DNA of 32,000 nucleotides from an uncultured Chloroflexia bacterium (GTDB taxonomy: Bacteria > Chloroflexota > Anaerolineae > Anaerolineales > Anaerolineaceae): NCBI GenBank assembly GCA_963704755.1, contig OY969938.1:2880001-2912000 (forward strand), given 5' to 3'. The notes under the pieces were generated by a model. It was not told the origin of the DNA and did not search any database. It saw nothing but the letters and a program-made list of their open reading frames with translations. The position numbers and the translations under genes are program-made. This document shows positions 17,044-25,255 of this stretch, one piece after another; within the stretch, counting starts at the first letter, position 1, and every line of letters starts with the position of its first letter.

Positions 17044-17919
17044 AAAGGGAATGGCTTATGGAATAAGCCCTGGGGTGAGGCACGCTACACCAGCGGTACT
17101 CTGCCCACCGACTACCAGTTCACCGGGCAAAGGAACGAGGACTCGATTGGGCTGTATTACTATGGCGCTAGATGGTATGACCCCTATCTTAGTCGCTGGA
17201 TCCAGCCTGATGCCATCGTACCCGATCCTTACAATCCAATTGATTGGGATCGATATTCCTATGTGAACAACAATCCAGTTATCTATATCGACCCCACGGG
17301 TCATTGGAGATGTGGAGATCAATATGACTTGGCTTGTGCCGAAAACAGTAATGAAAAACTCGCATGGTCGAAAGCAACTTTTGATGTAAGAATCAGAGAA
17401 TACTCCAAAGAAAACTCACTAATCCAAATTCCAGATTCTGCTTTTGCATATGGGGCTGTTAGTTCTGGCATACTTTATACTGGTTTCTGGACCGACGAGT
17501 TAAGCAGAGGAGGAACATGGGCAGAGCAAGCTATTTATGATGGAATTCTTGCAATCGCCCACAACCTTGATACCGGGATCCTGGCCCTGGGAATGGGTGG
17601 GGATATAGCTCCAATTGGAGGAGTTTACACATTAACAAATTCTGATGGAGTTGTTGTTAGAGTGGGACAAACGAAAGATTTCAACATGAGGGAAAGATCT
17701 TATAAAAGTAAAAGCGACTACTTTGACTTGGATTTCAATCCAATGTATTATACAGACGAATATGCCGAAAGGCGTGGCCTAGAACAGTATCTGTTTGATA
17801 ATTTTCAGTCCCCACCCTTAAATAAGTACAGACCAATTAGTCCTAAAAATGGGAAATTAGATACATATATTTCTGCTGCATCTAAATTCTTGGAAAAATT
17901 TGGCATATATTGGCCTTAG
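17044..17919 (+). CDS. Orphan (5'-truncated) Rhs/YD-repeat core tip fused to a GIY-YIG (URI)-type nuclease toxin domain
   Basis: The frame is open from 17044 (preceded by TAG at 17041): KGNGLWNKPWGEARYTSGTLPTDYQFTGQRNEDSIGLYYYGARWYDPYLSRWIQPDAIVPDPYNPIDWDRYSYVNNNPVIYIDPTGHW. This is the conserved end of the Rhs core. The C-terminal part GGVYTLTNSDGVVVRVGQTKDFNMRERSY...RRGLEQYLFDNF...LNKY fits GIY-x10-YIG, KDF..R..R, Glu and Asn, as in GIY-YIG nucleases. The first in-frame start is GTG at 17263, which is where the ORF track begins. Confidence 0.75.
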   Translation, partial: KGNGLWNKPWGEARYTSGTLPTDYQFTGQRNEDSIGLYYYGARWYDPYLSRWIQPDAIVPDPYNPIDWDRYSYVNNNPVIYIDPTGHWRCGDQYDLACAENSNEKLAWSKATFDVRIREYSKENSLIQIPDSAFAYGAVSSGILYTGFWTDELSRGGTWAEQAIYDGILAIAHNLDTGILALGMGGDIAPIGGVYTLTNSDGVVVRVGQTKDFNMRERSYKSKSDYFDLDFNPMYYTDEYAERRGLEQYLFDNFQSPPLNKYRPISPKNGKLDTYISAASKFLEKFGIYWP

Positions 17920-17931
17920 GAGAGAAACTAG

Positions 17932-18411
17932 ATGGTAAGGAAAAAGATCTATGTCAATGAAGGACAATGGTTTGCGGTTCCTCTTAGGAATGGGGGATAC
18001 GCTTTAGGTGTTATTGTAAGAGGAGATAATAAATCAGTCTGCCTTGGATATTTCTTTGGGCCGAAGTACGAAAAACCCCCAGTGGATGAGGATGTTTTGA
18101 AAAAAAAACCTGAAGATGCAATCTTAATTACTCGATTTGGTGACCAGGGTCTTAAGAATAGTAGTTGGCCGCTTATCCAAACGCCTCGTCCATTTTCAAG
18201 AGAAGAATGGCCAATACCAAAATTTTGCGTTGAAGTTCCATTCTCTCCCGATAAAGCCTTTGTTCGCGAGTATGAATTTCGAGATTCCGGCGAATGGCGC
18301 CTCATCCGTGAATACCTGGTTGATGCCAAGACCGTAATGGGTATGCCAAGTGATAGTTTAAAAGGAGGGGGTTCGGTTGAGGTAACACTGACCAAACTGC
18401 TCGAAAAATAA
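17932..18411 (+). CDS. Hypothetical protein, candidate cognate immunity protein for the upstream toxin domain
   Basis: 159 aa, 12 nt after the toxin stop. GGAGAG RBS. Same AT-rich composition. The position is typical of polymorphic-toxin immunity genes. I did not recognise a family with confidence. Confidence 0.7.
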   Translation: MVRKKIYVNEGQWFAVPLRNGGYALGVIVRGDNKSVCLGYFFGPKYEKPPVDEDVLKKKPEDAILITRFGDQGLKNSSWPLIQTPRPFSREEWPIPKFCVEVPFSPDKAFVREYEFRDSGEWRLIREYLVDAKTVMGMPSDSLKGGGSVEVTLTKLLEK

Positions 18412-18591
18412 TGGAATGTTTTTTCTGCAGCCTGAAATTAAAGACAAGATAATTCGAGGAAAAATATCAATCGCTACTCGTCTACTTTAGGCGTTGTCAA
18501 TATTGCATCAGTCTCTCCATTACCGCGCGTCTCGCCCGGATCTGGCTGAATGGGTTGTTCCTTGGTCAAGAGAATGAGGTGGTCAAACTGA

Positions 18592-18792
18592 CAATACAAG
18601 CCGCCCGCACCGGCCGGGCAGGTGTACCGCAATTATATTTATTCTGGCGGGTAGCGCGTGGCCATGCGGGAATACACCTCAACGACCAGTACGGTGGATT
18701 ACCTGCTGGGCGATCACCTGGGCTGGACCCGGTTTACCGGTGCTATTCTCCTCACCGGCCAATTTTGTCTTCTCCGCCGCTTTCATTTATAA
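18592..18792 (+). pseudogene. Rhs core-domain remnant with an in-frame TAG
   Basis: My translation is QYKPPAPAGQVYRNYIYSGG*RVAMREYTSTTSTVDYLLGDHLGWTRFTGA... (TAG at 18652-18654). It resembles the yYy.gGqRVAMR....YLlgDHLGSt block of Rhs-associated core domains. It has no start and is flanked by stops. Confidence 0.4.
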
Positions 18793-18849
18793 TTCGGGGA
18801 CCATTGGCGCATACCCTATCGACAGCCCTGCCAATCCCTGACTTGCCAG

Positions 18850-20565
18850 ATGTATAGAAAACATTTAATAGGTTCTGTCTTCGTCAGAATCATTCTCATT
18901 TTTATTGGGATGATGGTGCCGCTTTATATCCTGGGGGCGGCGTTATATTCGTTGAGCGCGGCGACCCTGCGTAAAGAGATTTCGGGCAACATGTCCACCC
19001 AGATGGACTTTTACCTGAACAACATGGAAAGCGAGATCGCCCGCATCCGCACGATGCAGGTTGAGTTTATGAACGACGAGGACCTCAATTACCTCGCCAA
19101 CGCCAACACCATTATGTGGACGTACGAAAAGACCATGACCGAGCAGCGCGCCGAGCGCCGGCTGGTGTTGTTTAAATACAGCAGCAATTACATCCAAAGC
19201 GTGGACGTCCACATCCCGGGCATGGGCAATACCATCTCGTCTGAAGAGGGCATGACCGACCTCTCGCCCGATTATGCCAGCAGCCTGGAAATTATCCAAC
19301 AGTCCGGCGGACAAACGCTGCAAATGCGTTCGGATGGCTGGTTCCTCTATTCGGCTTACCCGCTGCGGATTTCATACGATCAACCCCCGCTCTACATCGT
19401 GGTGACCGAGCTCTCGCGCAAGGCCATCGACGAGGCCTTCTCCAACTCGGTCTCGGTCTTCGGCGGCGCGTTTGCCTACTACCCGGCCGGAGACGTGCTC
19501 TACGGGGTGCAGGACAAGAACGTCGATAGCCAGGTCATCGACGCCTTCAACGCCAATGATGCGCTGTCGCAGTCGATCACCGTGCCCGGGCAGGGCACTT
19601 ACCTGGTCCTGCGCAAACATTCCGACTACCTCGGCATCGATTACTACGCCTATATTTCCGAGGACCAGGCCTATGCGCCGGCCAAGAAGATCGCGATCCT
19701 GTTCTTCGCCTTTTCCATCGCCGCGATCTCGACCGTGGTGGCCTTCTCGCTCTTTTCCCGCAAGGTGGTCCACCAGCCGGTTTCCCGCCTGGTGGCGGCC
19801 TTCAAACGCCTGGAAAACGGCGACCTGGACATCCGCATCGAGCCCGACACCCGCGACGAGTTTCGCTATCTGTACGAGGCTTTCAATACCATGGTGGCGA
19901 GCCTGAAGAGCTTGTTTACCCAGGTATCTAATTACGAGGTGTTGACCCGCGAAGCCCAGTTGAAGCAGCTCCAGGCGCAGATCTCACCGCACTTCTTGTA
20001 TAACTGCCTCTATATTATTTATCGCATGGCCCAGATGGGCGATATGGATAACGTGGTGGTGTTTACCAACCACCTGAACACCTATTACCGCTACATCACC
20101 CGCGACGCCCAGAACGAAGTGCCCCTGTTCAAAGAAGTAGAGCACGCCAAAAACTATACCGCCATCCAGTACATCCGCTTTTCCAACCGCATCGACATCC
20201 TTTGGGGCGAACTGCCCGAGAAATACAAGGACCTGCTGGTGCCCCGGCTGATCTTGCAGCCCTTGATCGAGAACGCCTTTCAACACGGCCTGAAAGACGT
20301 GGATTCGGACGGTCGGCTGGAAATCCGCATGATCGAGGACGGCGACTGCCTGCACATCACTGTCGAGAATAACGGCCCCGTCCCCTCGCAGCAGGAGATC
20401 GACGAGCTGAAGACCCGCATCCTGAGCGACGACTATAAAGGCGAAACCACTGCCCTGCGCAACATTCACCGCCGCGTGTCCACCCTGTTTGGCAGCGGCA
20501 GCGGCCTGTACCCTTCGGTCACCGCCGAAGGGCATTTTAGTATTTGCCTGACGATTAAAAGGTAG
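18850..20565 (+). CDS. Sensor histidine kinase, YesM-like (two TM segments + HAMP + His_kinase/HATPase)
   Basis: 571 aa. It has an N-terminal TM, a periplasmic region and a second TM. HAMP region VSRLVAAFKRLENGDLDIRIE. LytS/YesM-type H-box QISPHFLYNCLYIIYRM. ATPase region LILQPLIENAFQHG. Confidence 0.92.
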   Translation: MYRKHLIGSVFVRIILIFIGMMVPLYILGAALYSLSAATLRKEISGNMSTQMDFYLNNMESEIARIRTMQVEFMNDEDLNYLANANTIMWTYEKTMTEQRAERRLVLFKYSSNYIQSVDVHIPGMGNTISSEEGMTDLSPDYASSLEIIQQSGGQTLQMRSDGWFLYSAYPLRISYDQPPLYIVVTELSRKAIDEAFSNSVSVFGGAFAYYPAGDVLYGVQDKNVDSQVIDAFNANDALSQSITVPGQGTYLVLRKHSDYLGIDYYAYISEDQAYAPAKKIAILFFAFSIAAISTVVAFSLFSRKVVHQPVSRLVAAFKRLENGDLDIRIEPDTRDEFRYLYEAFNTMVASLKSLFTQVSNYEVLTREAQLKQLQAQISPHFLYNCLYIIYRMAQMGDMDNVVVFTNHLNTYYRYITRDAQNEVPLFKEVEHAKNYTAIQYIRFSNRIDILWGELPEKYKDLLVPRLILQPLIENAFQHGLKDVDSDGRLEIRMIEDGDCLHITVENNGPVPSQQEIDELKTRILSDDYKGETTALRNIHRRVSTLFGSGSGLYPSVTAEGHFSICLTIKR

Positions 20566-20570
20566 AACCT

Positions 20571-22190
20571 ATGCTGAGATTGTTGATTGTCGATGACGAG
20601 CCGATTATCGCGGATGGATTGCACGACCTGTTCAGCAGCCGCTACCCCGAGGAGCTGGAGGTGCTGCGGGTCTATTCTGCTCAGGAGGCCATCCAGATCT
20701 TCACCCAGGCGCGTGTCGATATCATCATCTCAGACATCGAAATGCCCAAGATGGACGGCATCACCCTGATGAACGAAGTGCGGGCGCGCTGGTCGTACTG
20801 CCGGGTGATCTTTCTGACCGGGCACGACCGTTTTAACTACGCCTACGAGGCCATCTCGGGGGGAGTGTCCGCCTTTATACTGAAGACCGAAGCCGACGAC
20901 AAGATCCTGGCCGCCGTGGACCGCTGCATCGAGGAGATCGTCCGCGAAAACGACAACGACGAGTTCATCCAGCGCCTGCAGGCCGAGCTGGACGAGAGCC
21001 ACATTTTGATGCAGCGCGAGATCCTGTTGAACCTGCTGCGGGGCAAACTGCCGGTGGAGGTCTGCACTGCCAAGTTCGAGAGCCACAGCATCCAGCTCCA
21101 GGCCGGCCGGCCATGCGTGCTGGTCTGCGGCCGGGCGGATGACATGCCTTACGCGGAAGATATGGCCGAAAAGCAGGCCAAGATCAAGACGCTGTTTTAC
21201 CAGTACACCCGCGCCATCGGCAGCAGCTTTCTGTTCTTCGAAAATAACGATCGCTACCTGCACGGTATCATCCAGCCGGAGGCGCCCAGGCAGGGGGCGG
21301 CGGTGCTGATCAGCGAGGCGCTCGAGCACATGCAGGACGCCTGCATCTCGATCACCGGCCTGAAGGTTTCCTTCATCGTCGATGACCAGGAAGTGGCTCT
21401 CAATAAACTGCCCGAGCGTTTTAGCGAGCTTTCCCATTTCGTACGCTACTGGCTGAACGGCAAGCTGAGCCCGCAGCTCTTCCAGGCCAGCTATTTTACC
21501 CAGCGCATCGACGCCGGCGAGCTGGCGGACATGCGCAGCCGCACCGCGCGGGCCGAGATCATCAACCGTCTGCGCGCCGCGGTGGAAAACGCCGACCAGG
21601 CCGGCTTCGAGGAGTGCCTTGGGCAGGTCAAGAAGATGCTGGCCGGCATGGACGAGCAGTCGCTGCTACGCATGGAGATCCTTTCCTCGATCATCGTCTG
21701 CCTGGCCAGCTTCATCAACCGCCACCGTCTGACCGGTAAGCTGCCGCGGGCCACCTACCCGGCGCTGCAATCGGTCCTGTACGAGACGCCGGAGACAATT
21801 TTCGAGAGCCTGGACTCGCTCAGCCAGACCATTTTTTCGGCGGCCGCCGGCGCCGAGTACAGCAAGGACGAGGCTCTGGTGCGCAACATTCACCAATATA
21901 TTGCGGACCACATGTCGCAGAGCATCACCCTGCTGGAACTGGCCGAGTACATGCACTTCAATTCGGCCTACATGGCCCGCTTGTACAAGCAGATCACCGG
22001 CCACAACCTCACCGACGTCATCCTCGAGATCAAGATGATGCAGGCCCAGGAGCTGATCCACCAGTCGCCGCATTTGAAGATCAATGAGATCGCCGAGAAG
22101 ACCGGGTTCCAGTACCCGGCCTACTTCGCCCGCGTGTTCAAGAAGCGTTTCGGTATCTCTCCGCAGGAATACCGCGAGAAGCAGTCCTGA
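20571..22190 (+). CDS. Response regulator with AraC-type HTH output (YesN-like)
   Basis: 539 aa. Receiver domain MLRLLIVDDEPIIADGL...IIISDIEMPKMDGI. C-terminal AraC HTH ...INEIAEKTGFQYPAYFARVFKKRFGISPQEYR. Confidence 0.95.
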   Translation: MLRLLIVDDEPIIADGLHDLFSSRYPEELEVLRVYSAQEAIQIFTQARVDIIISDIEMPKMDGITLMNEVRARWSYCRVIFLTGHDRFNYAYEAISGGVSAFILKTEADDKILAAVDRCIEEIVRENDNDEFIQRLQAELDESHILMQREILLNLLRGKLPVEVCTAKFESHSIQLQAGRPCVLVCGRADDMPYAEDMAEKQAKIKTLFYQYTRAIGSSFLFFENNDRYLHGIIQPEAPRQGAAVLISEALEHMQDACISITGLKVSFIVDDQEVALNKLPERFSELSHFVRYWLNGKLSPQLFQASYFTQRIDAGELADMRSRTARAEIINRLRAAVENADQAGFEECLGQVKKMLAGMDEQSLLRMEILSSIIVCLASFINRHRLTGKLPRATYPALQSVLYETPETIFESLDSLSQTIFSAAAGAEYSKDEALVRNIHQYIADHMSQSITLLELAEYMHFNSAYMARLYKQITGHNLTDVILEIKMMQAQELIHQSPHLKINEIAEKTGFQYPAYFARVFKKRFGISPQEYREKQS

Positions 22191-22248
22191 TTTGGGATTC
22201 CTTTTGGCCCGGCCGGGCCGGTACAAAAAGGTTCTTTTCGGAAGAATT

Positions 22249-22301
22249 GGGAGTTTTTTATTTTTTTGTGTGCCTCGCACACAAAAAAATAAAAAACTCC
22301 C
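22249..22301. repeat. Perfect AT-rich palindrome (25-bp arms, 3-nt loop)
   Basis: gggagttttttatttttttgtgtgc (22249-22273), ctc, gcacacaaaaaaataaaaaactccc (22277-22301). The arms extend imperfectly outward (tcggaagaatt / gattcctcga). Confidence 0.85.
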
Positions 22302-22471
22302 GATTCCTCGACAGCGGCGAACAGAACTGCTTTCAGGCGCCCGGCCAGACTCGTTAAGCCGGGCGGGGCTTAAATGGTTCCTTTTGTATTCTAAAAGTAC
22401 GGCGATTATTCTTGTACCCCCCCTGCGCGAACCCTAAACTGAATATACCCCATTTTGTCAGGAGAGGAAAA

Positions 22472-24211
22472 GTGAAAGCCCCAATTTCAAGACTTGCAAT
22501 GTTGTGTTTGGTCTTCGCGATGCTGTTTGCCCTGATGGGCTGCAGCGCAACCCCAACTGCTACTCAAGCAAACGTCGCTGTTGAGGACACCTCCACTTCA
22601 GAAGCGGCAACTGCTCCGGCGGCTTCTGAACCAACCAGCGCACCTGCCGTGGATGAAGCCACCACGCAGGCACCTGAAGCGACCGCAGATCCGCTGGGCA
22701 AATACGACCCGCCGATCACGGTGACCGCAGCACGACCACTCGACGATAATGTGACCTTTAAAGAAGGGGAATCGCTCGAAAAGAATATCTGGATCAGCAC
22801 CTATGCGGACGACCTGGGCATCAACCTTTCCTACACCTGGATTGCGCCCAAGGCCCAGTACGAAGAACGCGCCAACGTCAGCATCATGAGCAACCAGCTT
22901 CCGGATATCATCCAGGTTAATGCTACCCAGTTGCAGCGCATGGCCGAAAACGACCAGATTGCCGATTTGACCGGTGTGTACAACCAGTACGCTTCCGATC
23001 TGACCAAATCGATCATCTCCGCAGAAGGCGACACCGTAATGGAAAGCTCCAGCTACAACGGTAAGATTGTAGCCCTGCCCAAGACCGGTTCATCTTTGGG
23101 CTCGACCCAGGTGTTGTGGGTGCGGTCGGATTGGCTGGATAAATTGGGCCTCTCGGCGCCGAAAACGATGGACGACGTGCTGGCCATTGCAAAAGCCTTC
23201 ACCGAAAACGACCCGGATGGGGATGGCAAGAACGACACTTACGGTCTGGGAATCAACAAAGACCTGTACGGATATTTCGCCGGTCTGGAAGGCTTCTTTA
23301 ACGGTTACCACGCCTATCCCAAACAGTGGGTCGAAAAAGACGGCCAGCTCGTATACGGCAGCGTCCAGCCCGAAGCCAAAGCTGCTTTGCAGGCCCTGCA
23401 GGATATGTTCAACAACGGCGAGATCGACCCCGAATTCGGCACTAAAGATGCCAGCAAACTGGCCCAGGACGCCAACGCGGGTAAAGTCGGCATGTTCTAC
23501 GGCTTCTTCTGGAACGCCGGCAGCGGTTGGCTGCAAGACGGTAAAGTGGCCAACCCCGACCTGGAATGGACGCCTTACGCCATCGTTTCGGCCGACGACC
23601 AGCCCGCATTGGTCCAGGTTCCGTTCGCGGTGGATACCTACTGGGTCGTTTCCAAAGACGCCCAGCACCCCGAAGCCGCCATCAAGATGATGAACCTGAT
23701 GTACGAGAAGATCTTCGGCGCGACGGCCGAGCCGAGCGTGTACAGCGTGGACGCCGATAACAACACCATCTTCGAGTACCCGCTGATCTACGGCGAGCCC
23801 CCAGACAAGAACATGGTCGCCCAGCAAAAGGTGGTCGCAGCGCTGGACAGCAGCGATCCCTCGCAGCTCAACAACGAAGAGAAGGGCTACTACGACAACA
23901 TCCTGCTCTTCCAGGGCGGCGACCTCAACCAGTGGGGCACCAACAAGATGTTCGGCAAGGATGGCTCGCTGAGCGTCATTAACGGCTACGAGGAAAGCAA
24001 GAACTACCTGGAGAACGCCTTCTTCGGGGCAGTGACACCGACCATGGCCGAAAAGAACGTGACCCTCGACAAACTCCAACTCGAAACATTCACCGAGATC
24101 ATCATGGGTGGGGATATTTCCAAGTTCGATGATTTCACCCAGAGCTGGGGCACACTGGGTGGTGACCAGATCACCCAAGAAGTAAACGACTGGTACGCTT
24201 CTCATCAGTAA
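22472..24211 (+). CDS. Extracellular solute-binding lipoprotein of a carbohydrate ABC importer (large LplA-like SBP)
   Basis: ORF 22412..24211. I prefer the GTG at 22472, preceded by AGGAGAGG. Lipoprotein signal VKAPISRLAMLCLVFAMLFALMGC (lipobox LMGC), followed by an Ala/Thr/Glu-rich linker. It precedes two permease genes. Confidence 0.9.
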   Translation: MKAPISRLAMLCLVFAMLFALMGCSATPTATQANVAVEDTSTSEAATAPAASEPTSAPAVDEATTQAPEATADPLGKYDPPITVTAARPLDDNVTFKEGESLEKNIWISTYADDLGINLSYTWIAPKAQYEERANVSIMSNQLPDIIQVNATQLQRMAENDQIADLTGVYNQYASDLTKSIISAEGDTVMESSSYNGKIVALPKTGSSLGSTQVLWVRSDWLDKLGLSAPKTMDDVLAIAKAFTENDPDGDGKNDTYGLGINKDLYGYFAGLEGFFNGYHAYPKQWVEKDGQLVYGSVQPEAKAALQALQDMFNNGEIDPEFGTKDASKLAQDANAGKVGMFYGFFWNAGSGWLQDGKVANPDLEWTPYAIVSADDQPALVQVPFAVDTYWVVSKDAQHPEAAIKMMNLMYEKIFGATAEPSVYSVDADNNTIFEYPLIYGEPPDKNMVAQQKVVAALDSSDPSQLNNEEKGYYDNILLFQGGDLNQWGTNKMFGKDGSLSVINGYEESKNYLENAFFGAVTPTMAEKNVTLDKLQLETFTEIIMGGDISKFDDFTQSWGTLGGDQITQEVNDWYASHQ

Positions 24212-24220
24212 ATCAAAACA

Positions 24221-24246
24221 GAAGGGAGGCCGTAAGGCCTCCCTTC
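24221..24246 (+). terminator. Intercistronic GC-rich hairpin after the SBP gene (attenuator or mRNA-stabiliser candidate)
   Basis: gaagggaggcc (24221-24231), gtaa, ggcctcccttc (24236-24246). No U-tract follows. Confidence 0.4.
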
Positions 24247-24277
24247 GCTAAAATACCGGTTTAGAAGAGAAACACGC

Positions 24278-25195
24278 ATGAAAAATCTGAAGCGGATCAA
24301 CTTCGGGAGGTTCAGGCAAGAAATTCCTTTTCACTTAATGCTGCTCCCGGCTGTGGCATTGCTCTTTGTGTTCAGCTACATCCCCATGGTCGGGAATTTG
24401 ATGGCATTCCAGAATTTCAACCCCACCAAGGGCATCTTTCACTCCACCTGGGTGGGCCTGCAAAATTTCAAATATATCTTTGCCCTGCCCGATACCTTTC
24501 CGGCCATCCGCAACACGCTGATCATCGCCTCGGCCAAGATGGTGCTGGGCATCGTCGTGCCGCTCCTCTTTGCGCTGATGCTCAACGAGATCCGCAGCAA
24601 AGTGTTCCAGGGTTCCATCCAAACGATCGTCAATTTTCCCCATTTTTTGTCCTGGGTCATCCTGAGCGGGATTTTGTTGGACATCCTCTCGCCCTCGGAG
24701 GGGATCGTCAACATGGTTATCAAGCTGGTGGGCGGCACGCCGATTTACTTTTTGGGCGATAAAGGCTGGTTCCCGGTCACCTTGATCCTTTCGGATACCT
24801 GGAAGGAGTTCGGCTACGGCGCCATTATCTACCTGGCCGCGCTGACCGCCATCGACCCGGGCCTTTACGATGCGGCCGCCGTGGATGGGGCCAACCGCTG
24901 GCAGCAGACTCTGCACGTCACTCTGCCGGGCATCAGCACGACCATTGTGCTGATGATGGTGCTCAGCCTGGGCAACATCCTCAACGCCGGCTTCGAGCAG
25001 GTGTTCAACCTGTACAGCCCGCAGGTATACGCCACCGGCGACATCATCGATACGCTGGTGTACCGCATTGGGGTGGTACAGGCCCAATATTCTATCGCAA
25101 CGGCCGTGGGACTATTCAAATCGGTGGTGTCGTTTGTATTGCTCAGCGTCTCCTACTGGCTGGCTTATAAGTTCACGAATTACCGGCTCTTCTAG
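24278..25195 (+). CDS. Carbohydrate ABC transporter permease (MalF/LplB-like)
   Basis: 305 aa, multi-TM. The EAA-loop region AALTAIDPGLYDAAAVDGANRWQQTLHVTLPGI is typical of binding-protein-dependent permeases. Confidence 0.92.
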   Translation: MKNLKRINFGRFRQEIPFHLMLLPAVALLFVFSYIPMVGNLMAFQNFNPTKGIFHSTWVGLQNFKYIFALPDTFPAIRNTLIIASAKMVLGIVVPLLFALMLNEIRSKVFQGSIQTIVNFPHFLSWVILSGILLDILSPSEGIVNMVIKLVGGTPIYFLGDKGWFPVTLILSDTWKEFGYGAIIYLAALTAIDPGLYDAAAVDGANRWQQTLHVTLPGISTTIVLMMVLSLGNILNAGFEQVFNLYSPQVYATGDIIDTLVYRIGVVQAQYSIATAVGLFKSVVSFVLLSVSYWLAYKFTNYRLF

Positions 25196-25255
25196 CCGGA
25201 ACCCTGCAAGGCGGTTGAGCAGTGGTCCGTTCACAAATAAAACCGTGGTGAAAAT

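Noticed and set aside
17018-17266. 82-aa ORF (MYGLCLCPRKGMAYG...) overlapping the Rhs tip
   Set aside because: It is out of frame with the clearly conserved Rhs core-end motifs, which read in the 17044 frame.
18555-18857. 100-aa ORF between the island and the histidine kinase gene
   Set aside because: The neighbouring frame carries the Rhs-like YLLGDHLG block. This frame has no motifs and overlaps the kinase start.
23090-24205. 371-aa minus-strand ORF opposite the SBP gene
   Set aside because: The translation is Arg/Val/Gly-rich with no motifs, while the + strand encodes a clear lipoprotein SBP. It is a high-GC antisense artefact. The same reasoning applies to 24335..25087(-), 25613..26257(-), 26478..27515(-), 27963..29165(-), 29475..30002(-), 6594..7370(-) and 20730..21437(-).
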